From positions 8,246,001 to 8,310,000 of the forward strand of contig NC_043009.1 in the NCBI RefSeq assembly GCF_006345805.1: a stretch of 64,000 nucleotides of DNA. Reading direction: 5' to 3'. This document shows positions 13,321 through 24,700 of the stretch, piece by piece. Position numbers and translations under genes: made by a program. The notes beneath the pieces were generated by a model. That model was not told the origin of the DNA. It worked only from the letters and a program-made list of their open reading frames with translations, and searched no databases. The stretch's first letter is position 1. Each line of letters opens with the position of its first letter. Origin of the DNA: Octopus sinensis (taxonomy: Eukaryota).

Positions 13321-14414
13321 ATTGTGTGTGTGTGGACATACACACACTTTTATTTTTTTGTTTGAGTCATTGTGTTGGGGCACTGCTTTGAATAGTTTTA
13401 GTTGATTTCCTATTGGCCCTAGTACTTATTTTCAAGTCTTGTTCTTATTTTATCGATAACTATTTGTCAAACTGTTAGGTCACAACATAAGCAAAGAGCA
13501 TCTCTTTTTAAACAGTATCAACATAAAGACAGAACACATAGAAACACACACACATATCACACTCAGGATTTCTACACTGTGTAACAATTTCAGATTGCCA
13601 TGTCTTCAATGCGGGTATGACTGAATGGTTAAGAAATTTGCTTCAGAACCACAAAGTCCTGGGTTCAACTTCACTGTGCAGCATTGTGGGCAAATGTCTT
13701 TCAAAGTAGCCTTGTGTCAGCAAGTATGCAAAACCATGTAGTAACCTATTTGAATGGACTGTACCTGCTTCCAAATGTTCAGCCTTGTGACATGTGGTTA
13801 TATAGAGATAGATATAGATATAAATATGCATGTATCTGTGTGTGTTTCTGCATTTTCTATTTATAATATTTCTCCCTGATCCATTGATCTCAATCATCCG
13901 AAGATCATAAACGAGAAATTCAGGAGTAACGATTTGTGAAGTTTCCAGATTCCAATAAATACAGTAAATAAACTCCACCTTCACTATTCAATAGACTCTT
14001 TTCTCCTTCTTCTTCTTCACACTCTAGTGTTCATATATGCAGACGCACAAGGATATTATGTATAAAATTCGTTAGAAAATTATGGTTTTCTTATTTTATT
14101 GCTACTTTTCTATTCTGAGAAAAGAGGAATTAGAATGACTATAACCAAGATGAGAGGAGCGTACCGAGATGTGGAGAGTTTACATAGATAAACAAACTAA
14201 AAGACACCGACCTTTGACACCTCCAATATTGCAATGGAAGTTTGCCAATAAAAGAAGAAAATTGAAAGATGCCGTTACACTGATCAGTTTCAATTTCAAT
14301 CCTTCGCAAAGCAATGATGGGAAAATCCCGGCTGCTGTTCAAATCTTCATTATGATAGGGCGGTGTGGTTTGCCTTGGTTTTGTTTCCAGTGAAATCTTG
14401 CTCATACAGCAAAG

Positions 14415-14976
14415 CATTATTACCACCACCACCACCACCACCACTATTACCATCATTGTTGCTATCATCATTATCATCACTGCCTTTGTTATCATCAATA
14501 TATCTGTTATTGTCGCCACCATCATCATCATCATCATCATCATATCACCACCATCAGCATTGGCACCATTATCATCATCATCATTCCTGCCACCACTACC
14601 AAATTATTCCCTCTGTCGTCATCAATGTAACTTTCATCATTGTCACCATCGCTACCATTACCAATAGTATTACCACCAGCACCATCATCATCATCGTCAT
14701 CATTGCTACCATCATAACATCACTAACTTTGTCATCAATATAACCTTTGTCAGTGTCATCATTTTCATCATCACCACCACCACCATCATCATTGTCACCA
14801 CCACCAGCAGTACCACCATCATCAGTGTTACTACCATCATAATCAACATCACCACCTTTGCCATCATCAATTACAACCCGTGTCAGTGTCACCATCGCCA
14901 TCATCATCAACATCACCCACCCCATCATCATTGCAACCATCACTAACACCACCACCACCACAACTATCATCATCAC
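14415..14976. repeat. Compound (ACC/ATC)n trinucleotide low-complexity tract
   Basis: Direct reading. Explains the poly-Ile/Thr/His/Met/Asp ORFs at 14139-14976. Confidence 0.92.
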
Positions 14977-15407
14977 CTCTTTTGATTAGTCTTAAGTGAA
15001 ATTTGCTATGAGCAGTAGCTAGTACAAAACCCCCCACCTTTCCTTTTTACTCAATCAGTCCCCCTCATCTGGTAACCAACGACCTGCTATTGCCTCTCTT
15101 TGATTCTGTCCAAAGGCCAACCAAGTTAATTGTTGTTTTGCATCTCTTGTGTAAATGCCACGAGTGCTGACTACTACATCCACATTGTCTGTTTAATGGA
15201 ATATTTATAAGAAAATGTCTATGCCTAATTCAAAGAGTGTATGTTGGATATACTCAGTCTGATTGATTCGATGAGAGCATCTACATGACCATTCCTCTTA
15301 AAAGAAATGGTAGCTAAGTCTCCTTAAATTATGCATGATTTGTGTAAAGAGAAACAAAATGGGGGAAATGGCATCTTAGATTATTTAGTTCTTGATATAG
15401 AAATATA

Positions 15408-16030
15408 GGTGCAGGCATGGCTGTGTGGTAAGAAGCTTGCTTCCCAACCACATGGTTCCAGATTCAGTCCCACTGTGTGACACATTCGCTAGATGTCTTC
15501 TACTATAGCCCTGGACCAACAGAAGCCTTGTGAATTGATTTGGTAAACAGAAATATGAAAGAAGCGTGTTATGTATACATTCATACATATGGATCAAAAC
15601 AGTCTGATTCAAATCTGTTGGTACTCTTGAGTTTGAAGCATGATGCTAGTTGTCAGCCATTTTTAATTTGAATAGCTGATGACTAGCATCACACTTGAAA
15701 CTCATGAGCACCAATGAATTTAAATCAAACTGTTTTGATCCATACATGTAACTCCCAATAAATTTGTTGAGTGCCCTTCTTTTGTTTGTCCACTCACTAA
15801 TATATATATATATATGTGTGTGTCTGTGTTTGTCTCCCACCACTGCTCGCCTACTAGTGCTGGTGTGTTTACATCCCCATAACTTAGCAGTTCAGCAACA
15901 GGGACTGATAGAATAAATACTAGGTTTCAAAAAATAAGTCCTGGAGTCAATTTATTTGACTAAAATGCTTCAAGGTGGTGCCCCAGCATGGCCACAGTCA
16001 AATGACTGAAACAAACAAAAGATAAAAGAG
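15408..16030 (+). mobile_element. SINE family A split by a palindromic insertion
   Basis: Head and core at 15408-15570 and 3' half at about 15790-16030 flank the 15588-15744 palindrome. Confidence 0.72.
15588..15744. repeat. 157-bp imperfect palindrome with decayed hammerhead motif in each arm
   Basis: Arms 15588-15662 and 15671-15744, roughly 80% complementary by eye. Plus arm: CUGAUGA..GAAACUCAUGAG-CA. Minus arm: CUGACAA..CAAACUCAAGAG-UA. Confidence 0.8.
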
Positions 16031-16705
16031 ATTTGTTAGAAAAAACTGGATTTTCACAGTTCGCATGTCTTCAGTTGGAGGTCACAACTATTAGAGATGA
16101 TCAGCTTGAATGAGACACCAGCCTGTCATGTTGACTTCATTTAGTACCTTAGTAAACAGTCACAAAACAGCCTCGCTGGTATTTGACAAACACATAGTCA
16201 TTTAATGACTTACGAGGTAAACCCTATGTGGTCGTTCTTTATGTTAGAAATAGCAGCCAGATCTCCTTTAAACATGACTCCTTCCTGAATGAGACACCAG
16301 CCTGTTACAGTGTTAACCCACAACTGTTACTGATACTCTTCAGCTGAGTGGACTGGAACAACTTGAATTGAAATACCTTTCTTAAGGACAAACTGTGCTC
16401 TTCAGTATGAGAAGTGAACTCATGGCCTTAAGGTCATGAGCCAAGCAACTTAACCACTGGGTCAGATATATAGGATAAATTTATCTAATGTATTCATTCG
16501 TTTTCTAAGGCAGTAGGCTGTACTTTGAGGAAGAATTAGTGGCAATCTGTTGCAGATCGAGTGAGCAAATGGAGATTGTTTGGTGTGTTGATGCTCACAG
16601 GTTAGCAGCACTCGTCCTATTAGCAACAAAGAGTCACATTCATACCCTGCGTATTTGATTTTCAACAACCACATTCAACTAAAACTAGGTAGGAACCATA
16701 TAGTC

Positions 16706-17105
16706 TTATATTTGTTTCAGTCATTTCACTGCAGCCATGCTGGAGCACAGCGTTTTTTGTTTTTTTTTAGTTGAAGAAATCAACCTCTGGACTTATTCTC
16801 TGTAAGCCTAGTACTTAGTCTATCAGTCTCTTTTGCTGAACTGCTAAGACATAAACACACCAACATCAGTTGTCAAGCAATGGTGGGAGGATAAACATAG
16901 ACACAAAGACACACATAAATACATACATATATATATAAAAATATACGACAGGCTTCTTTCAGTTTCTGCCTACCAAATCCACTCACAAGGCTTTGGTTAG
17001 ACTGAAGCTATAGTAGAATACACTTGCACAAGGTACCATGCAGTGGAACTGAACTTGGAATCATGCTTGGAAAGCAAGCTTCTTACCACACAGCCATGCC
17101 TGCAC
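16706..17105 (-). mobile_element. SINE family A, full length, tail type 1
   Basis: Reverse complement of the family A head, core and tail. Confidence 0.85.
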
Positions 17106-17189
17106 CTACATAGTGGTTTATTTCCCTGTTGCATACAGGAACAGCATTATAAAACTGATAAGGGGTGACTTACGACACTCAGTTTAATT

Positions 17190-17427
17190 CAGTGGTTTCC
17201 AAAGAGAGGTGGGGGCATTGAAAAAGTGGGACGTTAATGGGGTGACCAAAAGTGGGTGATGGATGTAAAAACAACAAAATAAGGGATTAATTAGGTTAAG
17301 TTTTATTTGTGAAATATAGCTGCTTTGAATTTGAAAATGAAAGTGGTCTACGTTTGTGGTGGGGGAGAGGGCTGCTGTGGCCCGGGTGCCAAGTGGGTGG
17401 CAGCCTGAAAATGCTTGGGAACCACTG
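17190..17427. mobile_element. hAT-family MITE
   Basis: TIR CAGTGGTTTCCAA / TTGGGAACCACTG. 8-bp TSD GTTTAATT/GTTTAACT. Confidence 0.78.
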
Positions 17428-17539
17428 GTTTAACTCTGATTGTGAAAAAAACAAAACAAACCTCTTGTTTAGGAAAAGGTTGTTTAGTATTAAACTATTT
17501 CACACCTAGTGAAGTTATAGAAATCAATTATACAGACAG

Positions 17540-17752
17540 ATTAGCACGCCGGGTGAAATGCATAGCGGTATTTCGTCTGTCGTCACGCTCTGAGTTCAAA
17601 TTCTGCCGAGGTCGACTTTGCCTTTCATCCTCTCAGGGTCGATAAATAAAGTACCAGTTTCGCACTGGGATCGATGTAATCGAATTAATCCCTTTGTCTG
17701 TCCTTGTTTGTCCCCTCTATGTTTAGCCCCTTATGGGCAATAAAGAAATATA
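17540..17752 (+). mobile_element. SINE family B (5'-truncated)
   Basis: TTAGCACGCCGGGTGAAATGC...GAGTTCAAATTCTGCCGAGGTCGAC...GGGCAATAAAGAAATA. Confidence 0.85.
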
Positions 17753-19529
17753 TATATCAACGTCAGTTGTACATTTAGAAAGTGGAAATTTTTAGAGGAA
17801 TCAGAATGAAGCTTTTTAGAATAGTAGAATGGCACAGACACATTTATTGTGTCTTTTACATTTGGCGTTTGATTTCATATTCCTTTGTGTATTTTACCAC
17901 ACCATTAAAGTGTCAGGGTGGAAAACTTGGCAGCATCATGAGAGCATCAAACAATGAAGCATAGCATTTATTCTGGTTCCTAGAGTTCTGAGATAAAAAA
18001 AACAAAAAAAAAAATGCACCAAGGTCGACTTTGCCTTTCATCTATTTTGGGGTCAATAAAATACTGGTCGATACTGGCACTACCCTTTCTCCTAACTTAG
18101 TGATAAAGAACAAAAGTCTACCGATATAGATTGAAAACAATCTTCAAAGATGTCTTCATTCAGTGTGAGAACATAGCCTGATGGTTTTAGTGTGTTTAAC
18201 TATAATTATAACATCGTTTAGCAGCTTTTAATTGTTGATCAGAAAAATTACTGCCAACTATTTGTCACACACACACACACACACCTAAAAGTACAATCAT
18301 GTCCTCTTGAGGCAGCAAAGGAGTATTTATATTATCAATCATCCTGCTAGAAATAGCAGCCAAATCTCCTGCAAATCCTATTCTATCAGGTTAAAATTTA
18401 GGTAGTATAGTCCTTGGTTCCCTTCACACTGGAAAAAAAATGGGATGGCTATGGTTGGAATGCCTTTGATCACAGGTCTACTTGATCAGGTTTAGCCAGG
18501 AGCTGAACAACACCATCATATCCTCAAAGCGTGCATCACACCACACCCACACATGTCGGTGTGTGAGAGCTTTATTCATCTGAACACATATGTACACTCA
18601 CAAACACATTATTCCCCAAGCAAACACACTTCTCCTTTCTTTTTCTCTCTACTTATGCCACTCTCTCTCTCTCTCTCTCTCTCCCTTTTTCTTTCTCTCT
18701 CTTGAGAGATCACACTTTAACATGAATAAAGAGTATGTTAAAAACAACAAAAAAACTGTATTTAACATTCAAATTAGTCATCATTTACATTTCTTTTGGC
18801 AAATATTGAATAAAGATGAAGTCAGCTGTATCTTTCCTAGGTTGTTTCGTAACTATGACTGTCTTAGAAACCTCATTGTCATAGTAACAAGCTCTTTTAT
18901 TGTGTGTCTTCATTGTCTTATTCCATTGTTTAACCCTTTTGATACCAACCCAATTGAGTGTCAATTAGTCTACCAATATGAATTGAAAACTATCTTCAAA
19001 GCTGTCTTCTGTTTGGTTTGAGAATGTAGCATGATAATTCTCTGATGTAAAACAGCCTTTTTGAAAGCGCCCGCATATAAATAAAAAGAGAAACCTCCCC
19101 TCTTTGTTTTATGTAAGAACTTTAATGTTATGCTCCAAAAACCAGCTTAATTTATTAATTAATTAGTTAATTACAGAGCCTCTACATAGTCTCATTTGAT
19201 CTGTTAGGAAAATTTATACCCTTTCATCATAAAAATGAGGGACACACTGGTCAATGTAGTCCCTTCTATAGGATGTTCATGTCTGGAATACCTTTGATCT
19301 TTGGTCTTGTCTGACCTCTGGCTGAACAACAACAGCATCTAATTTGGTACTTTGCTAGCCTCTCCAAATTCTAGATTATCTTCAAGACTGGTTGATACCT
19401 GTGGAATATCCATGAGCAATAAATGTTTAGTTTAATAGTTAATTACTTGCAGCAAACTGTTTTTAAAAGGGATTATATCAATAAAGGTACAAGTTCTTTT
19501 ATCATATAATGAATAATATACATACAATC

Positions 19530-19564
<35 letters not shown>

Positions 19565-19826
19565 GTGTGTGTGTGTGTGTGTGTGTGGTGTGTGTGTGTG
19601 TGTGCGCGTGTGTGTGATATGAGAGGTTTTGGTATCAAGAAAACCTAAAATGGCAGGAAAGGCCATGTAAGTACTACAGATGGACTGTAGTTGGACTACC
19701 AGTTTAATAATAGCATGAATGAAGAGTCTGGTGCAGGTCGTGTGTGAGCATGTATATGTTAAATAAAATGAGACAACAATGCCAAGGCAGTGTGAAATTT
19801 CTAGGACATTTATAAAGAGAAAGGTA

Positions 19827-19874
19827 GTCTTACAGCTGTTTCAATGATATGAGGGATATCGCTTCATCAGAGAC
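19827..19874 (-). ncRNA. Type I hammerhead ribozyme, canonical core
   Basis: GUCU CUGAUGA AGCGAUAU-CCCUC-AUAUCAUU GAA ACAGCUGU A^ AGAC. Stem I 4 bp, stem II 7 of 8 pairs, palindromic stem III, GUA triplet. Confidence 0.85.
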
Positions 19875-19966
19875 AATACAAGAGAGTTAAATAGAGAGAA
19901 ATAGCAGAGTTCTATAACTTCTTATATTGAACTTTACTATTTCGCTCTATTTAACTCTCTCATATC

Positions 19967-20014
19967 GTCTCTGATGAAGGATTAACACTAATATCATTGA
20001 AACAGCTATAAGAC
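19967..20014 (+). ncRNA. Type I hammerhead ribozyme, degenerate sister copy
   Basis: GUCU CUGAUGA ...GAA ACAGCUAU A AGAC. GUA has become AUA and stem II is irregular. Confidence 0.65.
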
Positions 20015-20071
20015 TACCTTTATAAATGTACTAGAAATTTCACACTGCCTTGGCTTTGTTGTCTCATTTTG

Positions 20072-20111
20072 TTGGGGAAATAAACACACACACAAACATA
20101 TACACACACAC

Positions 20112-20175
<64 letters not shown>

Positions 20176-20335
20176 TTATATGACAAGCTTCTTTCAGTTT
20201 CCGCCTACCAAATCCACTCACAAAGCTTTGGTCGGCCCGAAGCTATAGTAGAAGACACTTGCCCAAGGTGCCACACAGTGGGACTGAACCTGAAACCATG
20301 TGGTTCGTTAGCAGGCTACTTACCACACAGCCACT
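20072..20335 (-). mobile_element. SINE family A 5' half with expanded (TA)n
   Basis: Reverse-strand head/core; (TA)n at about 20122-20172. Confidence 0.82.
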
Positions 20336-20573
20336 TTACTGAAAACAATATATATAAAAACAATAATAAATCTCTGAACGAGATATAAACAGTAACCGCT
20401 CGACAACGTAAGGTGTACTAGCCATCTGAATGTGGCTAGCCACTGGGGGTGGGGTGTTACTGATGCTTTTAGCCCCAGGCGATCAACGTCACCAGAAGGA
20501 CTTTAGACACTATCTCAGTACCCTTGTGTTATTTGCAAAGGGAGGTCATCCTCCCTTGAAGACCCGAGTACTA

Positions 20574-20618
20574 CATACGGACTATAGTTTCAAGGTAATT
20601 GCCTCTCGTCAACGCATG
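20574..20618 (-). ncRNA. Type I hammerhead ribozyme, U3 core variant
   Basis: CAUGCG UUGACGA GAGG-CAAUUA-CCUU GAA ACUAUAGU C^ CGUAUG. Stem I 6 bp, stem II 4 bp, palindromic stem III, GUC triplet. Confidence 0.8.
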
Positions 20619-20860
20619 GTAAGCACCGGTCTTCGATGGAGTCCCCTTGCAAATAAATATATAACGTTTTTCACAGCAACCACTGTCACTGATTTAGAAA
20701 AACTGTCTGAAAACAATAATAAATCTCTGAACGAGATATAAACAGTAACCGCTCGACAACGTAAGGTGTACTAGCCATCTGAATGTGGCTAGTCACTGGG
20801 GGTGGGGTGTTACTGATGCTTTTAGCCCCAGGCGATCAACATCACCAGAAGGACTTTAGA

Positions 20861-20905
20861 CATGCGTTGACGAGAGGCAATTACCTTGAAACTATAGTCT
20901 GTGTG
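20861..20905 (+). ncRNA. Type I hammerhead ribozyme, U3 core variant (inverted copy)
   Basis: Same core. Stem I 3' strand is UGUGUG and still pairs with CAUGCG via three G-U wobbles. Confidence 0.75.
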
Positions 20906-21419
20906 TAGTACTCGGGTCTTCGAGGGAGGATGACCTCCCTTTGCAAATAACACAAGGGCACTGAGATAGTGTCTAAAGTCCTTCTGGTGACGTTGATCGC
21001 CTGGGGTTAAAAGCATCAGTAACACCCCACTCCCAGTGGCTAGCCACATTCAGATGGCTAGTACACCTTACGAATATATATAAAGAATATAATAAAAGTT
21101 GACAATTTTTTTATATAGTATTACATAAGCATTTTATAATGTTTCTTTCTTTTCTGGAAACTTGCCATGTACAAGCAGCTGATGGTTCACAGACTGACAC
21201 CAGTCCATAGACCACCACTTTGAGTAGCACCGCTCTTGAGTATTGTGGCAGAGATAATAAGTGAAAGAAAAGCAGTTCCATGTAACCGACTTGTTAGTCG
21301 AAAGAAGAGAGAAGTTTCAAACTTTAAACCTTTCTATGAATAACACTGATTGTTGTTGTTGTTGTTGTTGCTGCTTCATCTTCTTAAACCTCACCTCCAT
21401 TATTATCATTGTCATCATT

Positions 21420-22570
21420 ACCACCATCACAATCAGTACGGGTTTCAAATTTTGAACTCAGGATATGCAGATGGTTGAAATTTCAATAAGCAATTTTCCC
21501 TGCATGCTAATGATTCTGTCAGTTCTACAGGTTCTTCTTCTTCTTCTTCTTTGCCCTTTTCAAGCCTAGCCAGGCTCATGGGCCCGGTTTCTCAATTTCT
21601 GTGGCGTATATGTTCCCCCTAGCTGGACGGGACGCCAGTCCGTCGCAGCGTCACTCAAGAAACAGGATGAGAGAGTGAGAGAAAGTTATGGCGAAAGAGT
21701 ACAACAGGGGTCACCACCACTCCCTGCCGGGGCCTCGTGGAGATTTTAGGTGTTTTCACTCAATGAACACACACAACGCCCGGTCTGGGAATCGAAACCG
21801 CAATCCTCCAACCACGTGTCTGCTGCCCTAACCACTGTGCCATTGCACCTCCACACTCTACAGACTCACCACCATCAATATTGGTTTCACATTTTGGCAC
21901 TAGGCTAGCAATTGTGGGGGAGGGGGAAAGTCAATTACTTCAACCCCAGTATTCAACTGGTACTTATTTTCTCAGTCTTGAAAGGATGAAATGTAAAGTT
22001 GACCTTGATGGAGTTTGAACTCTGGCTATAAGGATGGTTGAAATGCTACTAAGCACTTTGCCCTGCACACTAATGGTTCTACCAGTTTTGCAGGCTCACC
22101 ACCATACCACCACCATCAATATTGGTTCTGCATTTTGGCACAAAACCAGTAATGATGTGGGTGGGACTAAGTCAATTACATCAACCCAGTATTTAACTGG
22201 TACTTACTTTTTCGACCCTGAAGGATGAAAGGCAATGTTGACCATGGCAGAATTTACCTCAGGACATGAAGATGGTTGAAATGCCACCGAATATTTTGTC
22301 CAGCATGCTAATGGTTCTGCCAGTTCTCTGCCTAACCACCACCATCAATATTGGTTTCAAATTTTGGCACAAGGCCAGCAATTGTGGGGGAGGGTGCAAG
22401 TCAATTATAGTATATCAAATGTTCGCCTGGTTCTTATTTTATCAACCCCAAAAGGATGAAAGGCAAAGTCAACCTTGATGGAATTTGAACTCGGGATGTA
22501 AAGACAGTCATAATGCCACTTAGCATTTTTCCCAGAGTGCTAATGGTTCTGCCAGCTCACCACCTTTCCA
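21420..22570 (-). mobile_element. Tandem array of about four SINE family B-related copies
   Basis: Repeated ACCACCATCAATATTGGTTTC...TTTTGGCACAAGGCCAGCAATT...GAATTTGAACTC...ATGCTAATGGTTCTGCCAG units of about 230 bp. Confidence 0.75.
21532..21854 (-). mobile_element. tRNA-derived SINE family E, tail variant 1
   Basis: Reverse: GGTGCAATGGCACAGTGGTTAGGGCAGC..GTTTCGATTCCC head; tail GACTGGCGTCCCGTCCAG..(GAA)n. Inserted in the family B array. Confidence 0.8.
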
Positions 22571-23215
22571 CAACCATCATTATTAAAACATCATCGTTGT
22601 TGACATCATCATTCTCACATTGTATTTTCCATAATTTCATGAATGCCGCAAGTCTTTAGTATCACAGTTTTTGAGGAGATATCGTAGAATAGTAACTATA
22701 ATATATTCGTCAACAATATAAATATGATGTCAAGTTCTGTGTTTGAGTGGAAAGATTGCTTATGTTTTCATCTGTATTTTCTAATTTCTTAAAAGCTATA
22801 CCATGTTTACATGTAAATGTACATATGTAGGCAAATCAACATGTAAACATCTATGTAATTATATATGTAAACAAGTAATTATATATCTTAGCCTATAAAA
22901 ACATACATGTAAACATGTATGTATTATACATGTTAACACATAAACATATAAACATGTATTTTGTAAACAACCCTACATCAACCAACCTGTCAGTTTAATT
23001 TAAAACACATTTTTTTTTTCTACTTTTCATAAAATATGTCATTTCACGTAGTTCTTCCAAAATATTCTAGTTAACATTTTCAATTGAGATGAATTAGAAA
23101 CCTAAATTCTGTGACTCTTTCTGACCTTCTCAGAAAGAAACCTTCCGTAATACATTGTTTCGTTTTTGTTACTGTAATAAGCTAAGGTCATAAAAAGGAG
23201 GTTAATTGATGATCT

Positions 23216-23254
<39 letters not shown>

Positions 23255-23271
23255 GCACGCACATACACACA

Positions 23272-23316
<45 letters not shown>

Positions 23317-23829
23317 AACATGCCATACATACATATACATATTCATTTATCTAATAATAGTTCTGGTGAGAATTAATATTAGGTCTGTTCATTTTCTTTC
23401 ATTTCCTACTGCTAAGGGGGAAGTCATTAATCAGAAGAATTGGTTGGACTTAATTTTAGGGTTCCCAACACACACACACACACACATACTTTCTCCCTCT
23501 CACACACACACACACACCTTCCCTCTCATACACTCCCTCCCTATGATACACCACAATGTGAAAGAACTCACCATTGGTTTCGGCAAAGAATATTCACATT
23601 GTTCATTCAACTAGATTGCATACTTATCAAAATGCCACTACAAGCAGCTGAATATTCCACAGACACTTCTTTAATCCCTGAGTTGTCTGGAAGCACGACA
23701 CAATGTGGGACACCAGTTTCAGTATATATATATCATCATTGTTTTAACATCCAACTAGTAATTCCAGCCAAATCTTCAAATTACTGTGTCTAATGTGCCT
23801 GATATTTATTTAAAAAGAAAAGAAAAACA

Positions 23830-24262
23830 GGCACAGGCATGGCTGTGTGGTTTAGCAATTTGCTTCCCAAGCACATAGCTCTGGGTTCAGTTCCTTATCA
23901 TGACGCTTTGGGCATGAGTCTTATACTATAGCCCTTGTGAGTGGGTTTAGTAGACAGAAACAGACAAAAAAAACAAACTATCGTATCTGTATGCACGTGT
24001 GAGTGTGGGTTTGTTTGTGTTGACATTGCATGATAGTTGTAAATGAGTGTCACTGTCATACAAGCGGTGTTGTTCATTCCCACTATTCTACAGACATGTT
24101 TGGCAGTGGAAAAATGTTACTTTGCTTGGAAACAAGTGAGGGTTGGCAACAGGAAAGGCATCCAACCATATAAAATCTGCTTCAACAAACTCCATCCACT
24201 CACTTCTCAATGCTTGCATGGAAAAGTGGGCATTAAAACAATGAGGGAAGTGGTGGAGGTGA
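23830..24262 (+). mobile_element. SINE family A, tail type 2
   Basis: GGCATGGCTGTGTGG head; GGCAACAGGAAAGGCATCCA..GCATGGAAAAGTGGGCATTAAAAC tail. Confidence 0.78.
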
Positions 24263-24329
24263 TATAAAAAAAAAACAAGATAGTCACAGCTGGAATACCA
24301 TCAACCATATGTCAGCTTGCTCAGTAAGG

Positions 24330-24700
24330 TTGACCTGAAGACAGACATCATCATTAACTGTCTATTTATCCTTCTAACCTGTTGACATTTCATCTCTCTC
24401 TAATGAAGGATTCTGCCCAAAACAGATTTTTCTTCTTCCTCTCCACATAAGATGTACTCCACTGTTTGAATCATTATCAGCATCACATTGGCTGATGTTT
24501 CCTTTAATACTCAATTACCTTATAATTTCACCTTTTCTGCAGTTAATGTTACACATGTAACGAATTATTCTCAACCCATTCATCACTTGTCTCTACAAAT
24601 CTGTTGCATTTAGCACCCGAGGGTCACTGCCACGCGACTTTATACTCTTTATGCTTGGCTCTTGTGATAGTTCATAGTCAATATCTAAGAGAACAGAGCT
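24330..24700 (-). mobile_element. Degenerate RTE-like LINE C-terminal fragment
   Basis: RGSDPRVLNATDL*RQVMNGLRIIRYMCNI aligns by eye with the RTE motif (H/Y)GSETW..L.RLERN..SMLRWMCNV. Confidence 0.55.

Larger units (their letters stand above)
19765..20070. mobile_element. About 305-bp palindrome with two divergent hammerheads (Penelope-like pLTR derivative, inferred)
   Basis: Arms 19765-19904 and 19937-20070 are reverse complements (AAAATGAGACAACAA..GCCAAGGCAGTGTGAAATTTCTAG..GGTAGTCTTACAGCTGTTTC..TTCATCAGAGAC..GAGAGTTAAATAGAG). Confidence 0.8.
20359..21072 (-). mobile_element. Hammerhead-bearing 353-bp tandem unit with 212-bp terminal inversion (retrozyme/pLTR-like)
   Basis: Direct repeat with 353-bp period (20371 vs 20724; 20509 vs 20862). 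20861-21072 is the reverse complement of 20407-20618. Flanked by identical AATATATATAAA (20347-58, 21073-84). Confidence 0.85.

Noticed and set aside
14139-14976. Long ORFs of poly-I/T/H/M/D (and similar ORFs at 24593-25272, 45968-46224, 54482-55018)
   Set aside because: Translations of microsatellites and SINEs.
20371-20415. CUGAACGAG...CUCGACAACGUA near-hammerhead
   Set aside because: Extra base in the core, GACA instead of GAAA, and G8/A9 would be tied up in the stem.
20580-20670. Possible HDV-like ribozyme on the plus strand (UUG-CCUCUCGU-CAA)
   Set aside because: No consistent P1, P2 or J4/2. The pairing is explained as the antisense of the hammerhead.
20430-20741. 103-aa ORF in the 353-bp unit (MWLATGGG...)
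   Set aside because: Begins with TTG, has no recognisable domain, the period (353) is not a multiple of 3, and it is antisense to the ribozyme.
23572-23660. Strong minus-strand donor ATG|GTGAGT
   Set aside because: All frames from the plausible upstream acceptors hit stops, except a 39-nt option with no pyrimidine tract.
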